DNA of 64,000 bases from Basidiobolus meristosporus CBS 931.73 (taxonomy: Eukaryota; Fungi; Basidiobolomycota), in assembly GCA_002104905.1 (NCBI GenBank), contig MCFE01000028.1, positions 62,001-126,000 of the forward strand. The letters are read 5' to 3'. Positions 1 through 13,100 of the stretch are shown in pieces. The notes under the pieces were generated by a model, which saw nothing but the letters and a program-made list of their open reading frames with translations, had not been told where the DNA came from and did no database searches. The translations under genes and the position numbers were made by a program. The first letter of the stretch is position 1, and every line of letters begins with the position of its first letter.

Positions 1-2131
1 TATTGCTGATCTGGATTAGATCTACTGGCAGAGCCAGATTATTTTTCTTAAGGAGTACTTCCATTGGAAGAACAGCAAATGGCCATTAAAATATCACCAC
101 CACCAATATTGGCAAGTGTTTTTCAGCTCATTAATAAGCACTGTTGAGGCAACTAGCTGCAGTGGCTATAAGCTATATGCGTTGGCCCATAGAATTCAGG
201 AAGTTGTCAAAGGATAGGATGAGCAGATGATACCAGTGGTGCAATAAATATTGCTGTTATAGAGTGAAGTATGTTTGCTGCAAAGAGGTAACTCAGGTGG
301 TGTAGTGTCACAGCCAAGGATTGAGTATTTCCAGATGTAAGGGCAGCAGAACACCATAAAGTGCTTGAGCTACCACAAGAGTTATCAAATATAAAGCCCA
401 CAGAAAAATCTATTGTAGCATGGCAGAGAGTGCCTGTAGTACTCATATCAAAACCTAAAAATGATAAGACATGGAAGATCAGTGAAGCTGTGAGAGCAAA
501 AATGATGTGTGGGCTAGTATCAGGAAGTTGTAAGACGTGTAGCATATAATCACCTTGAGGCTGGTATCTCATGAGACCATCAGGAACTCAAGACCAAGAA
601 TAATGGACTTGAACTCCTGCTTGAGCAAAATCCTTAGCTCAAAAGAGCAAACTGATATTGAGCCAGCATTGTATGCTCAGAAAATATTTCAGGAATAGCA
701 GGAACTATCAGAGGCAGAAGCACAAGAGTGCCACTACTAAATAACAATGGCTTACTTGAGAGCCTGTTACAAGCAGGTCCAAAAGCTTTAAACTAGTGCC
801 AAACAAACAGCACAAAGCTGGAAGAGTGCTAGTAAGGGACATGCAGGCAGAAATAGATGCATCAGGCTAACATATATCATGGAAAAGAGTAGTCTCATTG
901 AACAAGCACTTGTTCAGAGTAGCATCAAAGGAGCTGACAGTGATAAAAACTAGCAGCCTCCTCACAGCCCTGTCACAACCACTGCTGAAAGCTCAAAGCA
1001 AGCATAAAAAAATCATCACATGGCTGGAAGGGCACTGATATGGCACAAGCTGGCAGCAATAGATACATTAGTGCAGTGCTTATCAACAAAATAAAGCAAT
1101 GCAATACAGAGAGCACTCAGATAAAGTAGCAGTGAAGAACCTGGTAGTGACAATGAAAAAGATAGAAGGAAAAACTCTACCTAAGCCAGAGACATGGAAG
1201 CATCAGAGAAAAGCTGCATTTTTATTCAATTAATCCCATAAGCCTGGAGTTGTCTGTGTCCATAATCACTACAACAAATTACTAAGAAGACAACAGCTGT
1301 TTTCCCATGTGTTGGAGGGCAGCCAGTTGAGCTACACTCCAATGAGATGGATGAGTTTGCCAAGAAAAGCAATTGTCTACCACCGCCTCTATGTTCTCCA
1401 TTATAGACAAAGTGCAGATTCCACTGTCAGTTAGAGCACCAATGTCAAGAACTCCAAATACTAGCAAAGTGCCTACATTAAAAATCTGGGGCAACAACAG
1501 GCACAGCAAAAGGTTTGCAGCACTTCTTCAAATGCAATGCTCAAGGAAGCATACTTGCATACTGCAAGGACTTATTACAAAGACTAGAAGTCAATGTGAT
1601 AGACCTTGCTGTGCTGGCTGAAGATCATAACATTAGGGAACCAGTGAATGGACAATGATAAAAAGCTGTAGGGTTCTTACCAACCCTATAAGAAATTATC
1701 ATGATTTACCCATCATAAGGCTATCATCAACTTAAATTCCTGTGCCTAAGAAGTATATATGCAATCAGGACACCTTGCAAAGACTGTCAAAAATAATTGC
1801 ACCCAGATTTCACAAAAAACTTGTCAAAACTTTTCATCACCACAATACCAAGGTGGCTTTTGATTGGTTTTCTGGCAATTCTCTGACTTGCTGATACCAG
1901 ACACTTGGTCCCCCCTACATCTGTGGGCATTGATTAGCTATTGCCTCTTTTTCACACTCCTTACTTTCTGACTCACCTGTTACTCTTACTTTTCATGCAT
2001 ACAAATTGATTCATTTCCACTAAAACCTTAGTTGTACTTCAATTGCCAATTATTTTGACTTTTACAAGTCTCTATGGCCTACACTACCATTAAGCCCAAC
2101 CCCACACTTGTTATGCTCCACTGCTCCAATG
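1..2131. other. Highly decayed, CpG-depleted repeat-derived sequence (unclassified TE relic)
   Basis: Only about 3 CG dinucleotides in 2.1 kb by hand count; only short, stop-riddled frames; no recognisable domain motif. Confidence 0.4.
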
Positions 2132-2476
2132 TGTAAGTTAGATCAGTCTTTAGTCAAATCAATTAGTTATATGTTTAGCTTATCAGTATACCAGTATTAT
2201 TGATCAAATCAGTAGCATTAGTCAGCAAATGAATCAGCAGATCTTTATTAAACAGAAGTAGATACATTAAGTAGCATCTTATTGGGTGATGATGATGCAA
2301 TCAAATGAGTCATCAGCCACAGCCTACATTAGGAAATACAATTAGTCAGCAATTGATCTGGCAAATTGTATATAAGGAGCTTCTGGAACCTCAATAAAAA
2401 TCAGTTCAGGTTTTAGTGAATGCAATACTAGCTAAACACCCTATTCCTCTACAACTCTTATACCAAACCTGTAACA
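2132..2476 (+). repeat. 5' LTR of the gypsy element
   Basis: Begins TGTAAG, ends GTAACA; TATATAAG at ~2369 and AATAAA at ~2393; followed after 1 nt by a TGG-type PBS. The partner 3' LTR is not in the window. Confidence 0.7.
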
Positions 2477-2477
2477 T

Positions 2478-2486
2478 TGGTAGCAG
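2478..2486 (+). promoter_or_regulatory. Gypsy primer-binding site TGGTAGCAG (complementary to the 3' CCA end of initiator tRNA-Met)
   Basis: TGGTAGCAG lies directly after the LTR-terminal CA; TGGTAGC is the classic iMet 3'-end PBS. Confidence 0.7.
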
Positions 2487-4505
2487 CAATAACCAGAAAC
2501 CTCCCTCCTGAATATCAAAGAAGCCTCCCTCAAGATGTCTAAAAATTAAGAATGGAAGAATGCTATTAAACAAATCCCGGCCCAGCAGCAACAGTTACTC
2601 CAGATCCTTAGCCAGCAGTAACAAGGAATGACTACCATGGCCCAAAGCCAGCAAAACCCTGTCAAGAGCAACTTTAGTGTGAAGGTCAACTGGTAGCATG
2701 GTAGACTCAATGAAAACCTGGGAATTTAGCACTTCCAGATTGAAGAAGCACTCCAGGCTAAGGGGATTGCTCCAGAAAGCAATTTATATTATGCAGCCTC
2801 TTACCTGGCAGATGCAGCTTTACAGTGGTACCACAACAAGATCAGGTCAGCCACCATGATGGGATGCACTACAATCTCTACCTGGGATGAATTTGGTTGG
2901 AAGTTCAGGATGCCTTTGAACTCCCACACCAACAGACACTACTAAGAAGAAAGTTGAAGACACTTGGACAAAAAGGAATGGTCCAAGAGTACATCTATGA
3001 TCATAGATGTCTACTTGGACAAACTGAAAGAATGGACCCTCCGGATCAAGTCAAATACTTTATTGATGGGTTGAAAGAAAGAACTTGTAAGGAAGGGAAT
3101 TATCAATGACCTCAGACTACTGAAGAAGCCATCAAGATTGCCATTGACTATGACTCCACCATGTTTGGAGTTGGGAAGCCCACCATGACTAAGCAGAGAG
3201 GCTACATCACTATGAAAGAAGACAATCAGAGGCAGTGCCAATGGAAATAGATGCTATACAGAAGAATCCCACCTCAGAGGAATATAAGAAAAAAGGACTT
3301 TGCATCAATTGCCACCAGCAGGCACATATTGCAAAGTACTGCCCTCAGAGAAGCAACAGACACCAGCCATCAAGAATCTTTAACCATATTGAAGTCCTGG
3401 AGCATAGCAACATGAAGGATGAACTTGAAGAAGACTCACAACGCACTTTGCATATGACAGAAGAATACCTATCCCAGATGACCTCAAACTCAGGTAAGCC
3501 TTGTACTTGAATGCAGTATTCAATGAAGTACCTGTCAAGATCATGATTGACTCAAGAGCATTGCATGAGTGCATGCCAGAGCAATTTACTTTGAAAGCTG
3601 GAATCCACTTGGAACCAACCAAGTCAACTTCAGTCTCAACAGCTGATGGGAACTCTCACATAATCACCCGTATTACTCAGCCAGTAAGGATGAAGATGAA
3701 TGAATATGAAGAAGTACTACAGGCCTATATATTTGAGAACTGCAAGTTTGACCTTGTACTTGAGAAAACCTGGCTATTTTGTTGTAATCCATCCATCAAC
3801 TGGAGAACCCATGCTACTTAGATCCAGAAGGATGACAAGGCCTATAAGTTATTACCTGCCAGACTGGATTTTAACTAGGTCAATTCCGGTGTGTGTGAAA
3901 CAAGCAAACTTAGCAAGACACAGCTGTGTAGAGCTCTGATAAAAGGCACTCAGATGTTCCTAATGGCAGTATTACAGGATGATTCCTCTACTCCAGTACT
4001 CCAGATGGTCCAGACTCTTTTGAAGGAATATTCAGACATATTTCCAGATGAGCTTGTAAGCCTATCACCAGTCAGAGACATGGATCATGCCATTGAAACA
4101 GGACATAGCCCTCCAGTGAGTAAGACACCCTACAGAATGAGTCCATTGGAGTTGGAAGAGATGAAGAGACAAATAGATCAGTTACTGGAGCAAGGATATA
4201 TCACACCCAGCAAGTCACCTTGGGGAGCACCAGTACTTTTTGTGAAGAAGAAGCATGGAACACTTGGGAAGCATATTGACTACAGAGCCCTCAACTCAGT
4301 TACCATGAAGAATAAGTGCCCATACCTTGGATTGATGAGCTCTTGGACCAACTTAATGGAGCCACTATTTTCAGCAAGATTGAACTCATGTCAGGATAAA
4401 CCAGATTAGGATGAAGCCAGGAGACATCCCTGAGACAGCATTCAGGACCAGATAAGGGCATTGCAAATACTTAGTTATGAGTTTTGGCCTCACCAATGCC
4501 CCTGC

Positions 4506-4605
4506 TGTTGTAAGAGTCTTGGAGATATTGGAAGTGATTTGGAGGTAATGATCCAAGTGACTAAGTTGGGTGAATTTTCAGGTGGAAATACATATTTTTA
4601 CAACA
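4506..4605 (-). repeat. Internally deleted 100-bp copia LTR retaining both termini
   Basis: TGTTGTAAGAGTC...GAAGTGATTTGGAG is joined to GTAATGATC...TTTTACAACA; about 250 bp of the 349-bp LTR are missing. Confidence 0.85.
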
Positions 4606-6246
4606 CTCCCACTCAGCTAAATGTTCATACTGACTAGTCCTAATTTTGACCTATGATATTCAAACTTGTCTCTATCTAATGGCTTGGTAAATATGTCTGC
4701 AATCATTTCATCTGTAGGACAGTAAACTAAGCTAACTAAGTTATTCTCTATAGCTTCACGTATGAAATGATGTCTAATATCTATGTGCTTGGTTCTAGCA
4801 TGAAAAGTTGGATTTCTACCTAATTGTATACATCCTTGATTATCTTGAAATAAAGTAATGGGCGTTTTTGACATAGGCCTAAATCTGTACACAGCTTTCT
4901 TAACCACATTGCTTCTTTTGTAGCTTCACAGGCTGCCATATACTCTGCCTCTGTGGTGGAAAGTGCTACGGTTGGTTGCTTTCTTGAATTCCATGAAATT
5001 GCTCCTTTACAGTAAAGAATGGTGTATCTTGTGGTGGATCTTCTGTCTTCTAAATTTTGTCCCCAATCTGCATCAGAGTATCCCACAAGATCTTGTTCTG
5101 AGTCCTTATAAGTGTATCTTAAGCAGATATCAGCAGTTCCTTTTAGGTATCTAAAAATCCGCTTAACTGCTGCAATATGATCAGATCCATAGTTCTGATT
5201 ATGTTGGCTGACAACTCCCACTGAATATGAGATATCTGGACATGTTCCAAGCATGATATACATCTTACTGCCGACCATAGATTGATAAGGAAAGTCAGGG
5301 CTTTCAGATGGCACCAAGCTCTCTTGATTTGGTTGAGTTTTGACCAAGTTAAGGTTTGTCTCCATTGTGGTAGCTGCCGGTTTACAGTCTTCCATTTGGT
5401 ACTTCTTTAGTATGTCATGAATATACTTGGATTGGCTTAGGGTGATAGTCTGGGTACTTCTGTCTATGGAGAACTTAATCCCTAAGTAGTAACTAAGTTC
5501 TCCTAGATTGGACATCTTGAACTCCTTAGATAGGCTGGATTTAGTCTCTTCCAATGTTTCTAGGTTATTGGCGGCTATAATAAGATCATCCACATATAGA
5601 GCTAATAGAACTGGATTTGCTCTATCTGGCTTATAGTATATACTATAGTCAGCATTACTTCTTTTGAAACTCAAAGATTCCAAATAAGAATCTATCTTGC
5701 AATTCCAGGCTCTCAATGATTGTTTGAGACCATATAGTGAATTTTCAAGCTTGCAGACCAAATGGGGGTTATCTTGGTCAACAAACCCATCAGGCAAGTC
5801 CATATACACATCCTCATCAAGTTCTCCATTCAAAAATGAAGCTTTTACATCCATTTGATGAATAAAAAACTGATATTTGGCGCAATAGCCAATACTAATC
5901 TGATGGAATTAAACTTGGCTACCAGTGCAAAGGTCTCAGTGTAGTCAAGTCCTTTTGTTTGAGAGTATCCTTTGGCTACAAGTCTTGCTTTGTATCTTTC
6001 AATTGTGCCATCAGCCTTGTATTTTGTCTTGAAGACCCATCTGCATCCAATTGATTTTTGGTTAATTGGTAACTTATTCCATTAGGGCCTGAGATTCATC
6101 AGTCATTGCACATCTCCAAAACTTTGTCTGAGGGCTATTTAGGGCTTTTTACAGTCTGAGGCTCATCAATATGGACTGAATAGGCATAGGCTAAGTTTGT
6201 ACCCTCATTGATATAGTAACTTGGCTATTTCTTGTCCAGTTGGATC

Positions 6247-6595
6247 TGTTGTAAAAATTTGTAATTCCACCTAAATATTCACCTAACTTAGTAGCTTAGA
6301 TCATTACCCTTAAATCCTAGAGAATACTGACCAAATTCCTTGTTGGGATTTACTTAGAATATTTTCACCAAAATACCAGGTACCCAGAACATGAAAATTC
6401 TCCAAGTTGTCCAAACAGCCCTCAACTTTGCACACATGTTCTTGGGACCTTCCTTAACCTATTCTATGTGTTTGTAATGCCAAGACCAGGTAAAAGTATA
6501 AATACTACTTTTACATTCAATAAATCATTAAGTGAAAACCACATAATCTATTTGTTCTCCAAATCACTTCCAATATCTCCAAGACTCTTACAACA
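6247..6595 (+). repeat. Solo copia LTR inserted in opposite orientation into a same-family pol, with 5-bp TSD GGATC
   Basis: 349 bp, TGTTG...CAACA; GGATC at 6242-6246 and 6596-6600; the pol sequence is colinear across the insertion. Confidence 0.95.
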
Positions 6596-7252
6596 GGATC
6601 TCCAGGCATTAGATACTGGAATAATCACTTCTGGGATATTCCTGGGCACTGATTCAGGCTGAACCATGGTGGTGGAGTCCTCTGGAGTGAAATAATCTTT
6701 GTTGTTTTGCTCTGATTCAATTCTGAAAATTGGTGGACTTGAGACAAGATTTTTGTGATCATCTGATGTCATTTTTTGTGGGAATTTTGAATTTTCATCA
6801 AACATCACATCCCTGGACTCAATCAGCTTCCTTGCTTTGGTAATGTAGAGTCTGTATGCTTTACTCTCATTGCAGTAGCCCAAAAATATTCATTTTACAC
6901 TTTTTGGCTCAAATTTTGACTGATTTCTGGGCAGTCTCCTGGCATATGCTGTGCATCCAAATATTATTAGATGTTCTGCACATGGTCTGTATCCATACCA
7001 TGCTTCAAATGGAGTAGAATCACAGAGTATTATGTTATAACTCCTATTTTTAAGGTATACAGCTGTGGCAATTGATTCTGTCAAAAAATCATAGAATAAT
7101 TTTTGATCATGGATCATAGATCTTGCCATATCAATTATTGATCTGCTTGCACATTCTGCTACTCCATTTTGCTGTGGGGAGTATGGTACAGTAGTTTCTT
7201 GCTTTATCCCATGAACTTTGCAGAGGTGGATGAAGAGTTTTGAGGTATATTC

Positions 7253-8584
7253 TGTGGTAAACAATTTGTATTCCACCTAAATATTCACCTAACTTAGTCA
7301 CTTAGATCATTACCTTCAAATCCTAGAGAATACTGACCAAATTCCTTGTTTGGACTTACTTAGAATTTTTTCACCAAAATACCAAGTACCCAGAGAATGA
7401 AAATTCTCCAAGTTGACAAACAGCCCCAAACTTTGCACACATGTTCTTGGGACTTTCTTTAGCCTATTCTACATGTTTGTTATGCCAAGACTATGTGAAA
7501 GTAAAAATACTACTCTTACATTCAATAAATCATCAAGTGAAAGCCACAGAATCTACTTGTCTTCCCAGTCACTTCCAATATCTCCAAGACTCTTACAGCA
7601 AAAATTAGTACTAGTCATTATGAGCATTTTGTTGAGTAGGTGTGTTGCAAAAGTTTGTAATTCCACCTGAGTATTCACCCAGCTTAGTTACTTAGATCAT
7701 AATCTACAAATCTCAGAGAATACTGACCAAATTTCTTCTCAGGATTGATTTAGAGCATTTTCACCAAAATATCAGGTATCTAGAACATGAAAATTCTCAA
7801 AGTTGTCCAAGCAGCCCCAGACTTGCACACCTGTTCTTGGGACCTGCCTAAACATATTTTATGTGTTTTTTATGCCCAGACCATGTAAAAGTATAAATAC
7901 TCCTTTTACATTCAATAAATTGTTAAGTTAAAGCCTCATAATTATATGTTCTTCCAATTACTTCCAGTATCTCCCAGACTCTTATAACAATATTCATTAA
8001 ACCATTAGCTAAAGACAAATTTGAATATCTTAGGTCACAACTGGACTTTTCAGTACAAGCATTCAGTTGAGTAGGAGTGTTGTAAAAGTTTGGAATTCCA
8101 CCTAAATACTCACCTTACTAAGTCACATAGATCATTACCTACAGATTCTTGAGAACTCTGACTAGATTCCTTGCTGAGAACTGCTTTGAATATACTTACC
8201 AAAACATCTGGTACCCAGAACATAAAGTTTTGCAAACCTCTACAAACAGCCCTCAACTTTGCAAACATGCTCCTGAGATTTTTCTGAGCATATTATATGT
8301 GTTTTCTTTGCTGAGACCATGTAATGGTATTGATATCACTTTTGTATCTAATAAATTATCAAGTGAAGGCCACAGAGTTTACTTGCTCTCCCAATAACTT
8401 TCATTATCTCCAAGAATTTTAGAACCTGCACTTGGGATCCTCATTAGCAAGCTTCATGGGCTTGTTTTGCCAACACCTTACTATAGTGTAAATATCACTT
8501 TATACTCCATAGATCATTTAGCAAAAACTGCATAATCTACTGGTCCTCCCAATCACTTCCAATAGCTCCCAAGCTTCCACCACA
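7253..8584 (+). repeat. Tandem copia LTR array: LTR (7253-7600), pol end+PPT, LTR (7643-7989), pol end+PPT, LTR (8078-~8426), LTR fragment (~8430-8584)
   Basis: Each spacer matches the last ~40 or ~90 bp of pol plus the PPT (compare 52900-52980); LTR divergence increases rightwards. Confidence 0.88.
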
Positions 8585-8720
8585 TATACTATAGAGTCCT
8601 AGTCACCAAAGTCAAAGCTTACAGTATTGCCAAAATCCACAGAGTATTTACAGTTATATGGAAATTTGAGGAATTACAAGATACTCAAATGGATGCTTTA
8701 TACTTCTGGAACCTGTATAC

Positions 8721-9130
8721 TGTTGTAAGAGTCTTGGAGATATTGGAAGTGATTGGGAAGACAAGTAGATTATGTGGTTTTTGTTGTAAGAGTCTTTGAG
8801 ATATTGGAAGTGATTGGGAGAACAAGTTGATTATGTGGTTTTCACTTAATGATTTATTGAATGTAAAAGTAGTATTTATACTTTTACCTGGTCTTGGCAT
8901 TACAAACACGTAGAATAGGTTAAGGAAGGTCCCAAGAACATGTGTGCAAAGTTTGGGGCTCTGTGGACAACTTGGAGAATTTTCATGTTCTGGGTACCTG
9001 GTATTTTGGTGAAAATATTCTAAGTAAATCCCAACAAGGAATTTTGGTCAGTATTCTGTAGGGTATGAAGGTAATGATCTAAGTGACAAAGTTAGATGAA
9101 TATTAGGTGGAAATACAAATTTTTACAACA
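8721..9130 (-). repeat. Composite LTR (61-bp LTR end plus full LTR 8782-9130) flanked by TSD TATAC
   Basis: TGTTGTAAGAG occurs at 8721 and again at 8782; TATAC at 8716-8720 and 9131-9135. Confidence 0.9.
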
Positions 9131-9779
9131 TATACTTTCAATAATGATACTCTTACTAATGCTTTGGATAATCTTAAGTAACTGGGAGATCAATCAGAAT
9201 ATCTAGTTATCACAAAATAGTTTATTGCAAGCAAAAGCAGTTGTAATCTTACATTTTCATGGCTGAATAAACGCATAAAATATGCTTAAGAAGGTCCCAA
9301 GACCATGTGTGCAAAATTCAGAGCTGTTGGGATAAATTGCTTATACATCAAGCTTTACATATACATTATTATTGTCAAAAGATTCCAAGTCAGTCCTACA
9401 ACAAGTATAGGCATAATCTGTTAATTTTTGTAAATAAAGATGTAGGTGACTAAGTTAGGTGAGTGTTTGGGTTCAATTAAAAAATCTTCAAAATGAGAAT
9501 GCTTGAAATGAAGTCCTTAGAAGCTCTGTGAAGGTTTGAGAGCATTTGGATATGCTTCAAGATATTGATAACTTCCAGGCCTTCACTTGATTCAATAATA
9601 AGCTGCTATCTCAAAGCCACAATCTTGAGTAGATAATCCAGAGTAGGGAATGAGCTAGAGTCTGAAAATAGACAAATGGATTATGAGTAAACAGATCACT
9701 TACAACAGTCCATGTGTTGTATCCAAGAGAAAAATGTAATAAATTCTTGAATGGTTTGACTGAGGCAAAGGGACAATTA

Positions 9780-10128
9780 TGTTGTAAGAGTCTTGGAGAT
9801 ATTGGAAGTGATTGGGAGAACAAGTAGATTATGTGGTTTTCACTTAATGATTTATTGAATGTAAAAGTAGTATTTATACTTTTACATGGTCTTGGCATTA
9901 CAAACACGTAGAATAGGTTAAGGAAGGTCCCAAGAACATGTGTGCAAAGTTTGGGGCTGTTTGGACAACTTTGAGAATTTTCATGTTCTGGGTACCTGGT
10001 ATTTTGGTGAAAATATTCTAAGTAAATCCCGACAAGGAATTTGGTCAGTATTCTCTAGGATTTGAAGGTGATGATCTAAGTGACTAAGTTAGGTGAATAT
10101 TTAGGTGGAAATACGAACTTTTATAACA
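9780..10128 (-). repeat. 3' LTR of the young copia element
   Basis: 349 bp, preceded on the minus strand by the stop codon and PPT CTGAGTGGGAG. Confidence 0.95.
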
Positions 10129-10139
10129 CTCCCACTCAG

Positions 10140-13100
10140 CTAAATGTTCATACTGACTAGTCCTAATTTTGACCTAAAATATTCAAACTTGTCTCTAGCT
10201 AATGGTTTGGTAAATATGTCTGCAATCATTTCATCTGTAGGACAGTAAACTAAGCTAACTAAGTTATTCTCTATAGCTTCACGTATGAAATGATGTCTAA
10301 TATCTATGTGCTTGGTTCTAGCATGAAAAGTTGGATTTCTACCTAATTGTATACATCCTTGATTATCTTGAAATAAAGTAATAGGCGTTTTTTGACATAG
10401 GCCTAAATCTGTAAAGAGCTTTCTTAACCACATTGCTTCTTTTGTAGCTTCACAGGCTGCCATATACTCTGCCTCTGTGGTGGAAAGTGCTACGGTTGGT
10501 TGCTTTCTTGAATTCCATGAAATGGCTCCTTTACAGTAAAGAAAGGTGTATCCTGTGGTAGATCTTCTGTCTTCCAAATTTCGTCCCCAATCAGCATCAG
10601 AGTATCCCACAAGATCCTGTTCTGAATCCTTATAAGTGTATCTTAAGCAGATATCAGCAGTTCCTTTTAGGTATCTAAAAATCTGCTTAACTGCTGCAAT
10701 ATGATCAGATCCATAATTCTGATTATGTTGGCTGACTACTCCCACTGAATATGAGATATCTGGACGTGTTCCAAGCATGATATACATCAGACTGCCGACC
10801 ATAGATTGATAAGGAAAGTCAGGGCTTTCAGATGGCACCAAGCTCTCTTGATTTGGTTGAGTTTTGACCAAGTTAAGGTTTGTCTCCATTGGGGTAGCTG
10901 CCGGTTTACAGTCTTCCATTTTGTACTTCTTTAGTATATCTTGAATATACTTGGATTGGCTTAGGGTAATAGTCTGGGTACTTCTGTCTATGGAGAACTT
11001 AATCCCTAAGTAGTAACTAAGTTCTCCTAGATCGGACATCTTGAACTCCTTAGATAGGCTGGATTTAGTCTCTTCCAATGTTTCTAGGTTATTGGCGGCT
11101 ATAATAAGATCATCCACATATAGAGCTAATAGAACTGGATTTGCTCTATCTGGCTTATAGTATATACTATAGTCAGCATTACTCCTTTTGAAACTCAAAG
11201 ATTCCAAATAAGAATCTATCTTGCAATTCCAGGCTCTCGGTGATTGTTTGAGACCATATAGTGACTTTTTAAGCTTGCAGACCAAATGGGGGTTATCTTG
11301 GTCAACAAACCCATCAGGCTGGTCCATATACACGTCCTCATCAAGTTCTCCATTCAAAAATGCAGTTTTTACATCCATTTGATGAATAAAAAACTTATAT
11401 TTGGCTGCAATAGCCAATATTAATCTGATGGAATTAAACTTGGCTACCGGTGCAAAGGTCTCAGTATAGTCAAGTCCTTTTGTTTGAGAGTATCCTTTGG
11501 CTACAAGTCTTGCTTTGTATCTTTCAATTGTACCATCAGCCTTGTATTTTGTCTTGAAGACCCATCTGCATCCAATTGATTTTTGGTTGATTGGTAATTT
11601 GACTAAGTCCCAAGTTTGATTTTCCATCAGTGCCTGATATTCCTCAGTCATTGCAGATCTCCAAAACTTCGTCTGAGGGCTATTTAGGGCCTCTTTTACA
11701 GTCTGGGGTTCATCAACATGGACTGAATAGGCATAGGCTAAGTTTGTACCCTCATTGATATAGTAATTTGGGCTATTTCTTGTCCGATTGGATCTCCGGG
11801 CATTTGATACTGGAATGATCACTTCTGGGATATTCCTGGGCACTGATTCTGGCTGAACCACGGTTGTAGAGTCCTCTGGAGTGAAAAAATTTTCATTGTT
11901 TTGCTCTGATTCAATCCTGACAATTGGTGGACTTGAGATCAAATTTTCGTCATCATCTGATGTCATTTTTTGTGAAAATTTTGAATTTTCATCAAACAAC
12001 ACATCCCTGGACTTGATCAGCTTCTTTGCTTTGGTATTGTAGAGTCTGTATGCCTTACTCTCATTGCAGTAGCCCAAAAATATGCATTTTACACTTTTTG
12101 GCTCAAATTTTGACTGATTTCCGGCCAGTTTTTTGGCATATGCTGTACACCCAAATATTCTTAGATGTTCTGCACTTGGTCTGTATCCATACCATGCTTC
12201 AAATGGAGTAGAATCACGAAGTATTCTGTTATAACTCCTATTTTTAAGATATACAGCAGTGGCAACTGATTCCGCCCAAAAATCATAGGATAATTTTTGA
12301 TCATGGATCATAGATCTTGCCATATCAATTATTGATCTGTTAGCTCGTTCTGCTACTCCATTTTGCTGTGGGGAGTATGGTACAGTAGTCTCTTGCTTTA
12401 TCCCATGAATTTTGCAGAAGTGGATGAAGAGTTTTGAGGTATATTCTCCACCATTGTCAGAGCGTATTTTCTTGATTTTCTCACCAGTTTCTCTCTCCAC
12501 CATGGCTTTAAACTCCCTGAGCTTAGACAGAGCTTTTTCCTTTCTCTCCATGAAGTAGACCCATGTGTATCTTGTATAATCATCAATAAAAGTGATTAAA
12601 TACTTCATCCCGCCTAAGGATATATTTTGCATAGGTCCACACAGATCTGAGTGAATTAGATCTAATTTTTTCTTAGTTTTGATTAACCCAGAGCTCTTGA
12701 ATGGTTGTCTGGCTTGTTTCCCATATATGCAGGCTTCACAGTGCTCCAAATTAGCTGGGGGATCAATTTTCACTCCAGAAATTAGCTGATCTTTGATCAT
12801 TTTGCGCAAATAATCAAAATTGATGTGTCCAAATCTCCTGTGCCAAAGCATTGGTGTTTCTTCATTTAAGTTACTTATATTGGCTTCCAGATATGATGGA
12901 ATATAAGTCAACTTGTATAGGTTCTGATCTCTGATGCCCGAAGCAATATGAGCACCATTTTGATCAGTGATCCTGCATCCAGAATTGTCAAAACTGAAAC
13001 TGAGTCCTTCTGCTGTGGCCTTGCTTACAGAGAGTAGGTTCTTGGCTATTTCTGGTACATAGAGTACTTCTTTAAAGGTCAGTGTATGGCTTCCTTCACT

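Larger units (their letters stand above)
2132..4505 (+). mobile_element. Truncated, degenerate Ty3/gypsy LTR retrotransposon (5' LTR, PBS, gag, protease, N-terminal RT)
   Basis: Gag zinc knuckle CINCHQQAHIAKYC (ORF 3235-3510); protease-like IMIDSRA (3501-3821); RT motifs [19 protein letters not shown] and FGLTNAP (to ~4505), in gypsy order, with frameshifts and stops. Cut at 4506 by a copia LTR. Confidence 0.9.
4506..7252 (-). mobile_element. Degenerate 5'-truncated Ty1/copia copy (integrase-RT-RNaseH, PPT, deleted 3' LTR), inserted in the gypsy RT
   Basis: ORF pieces 6890-7276 (QQNGVAE integrase), 4820-5854 (YVDDLII, GYSDADW) and 4617-4907 match the intact copy at 10140-13766; PPT reverse complement CTCCCACTCAG at 4606. 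Confidence 0.93.

Noticed and set aside
6468-6662. Recurrent small ORF MFVMPRP(C/G)KSINTTF... (also at 7413, 8685, 9611, 48097, 61161), in frame with gag at 61161-61508
   Set aside because: It recurs only because it lies within the LTR. Its ATG is upstream of the LTR TATA box, so it is probably absent from the LTR-driven transcript.
4501-8429. CCTGC at 4501-4505 and 8425-8429 as a TSD around the left nest
   Set aside because: The flanking LTRs are in opposite orientations, and the sequence after 8429 is LTR-derived rather than the continuation of gypsy RT.
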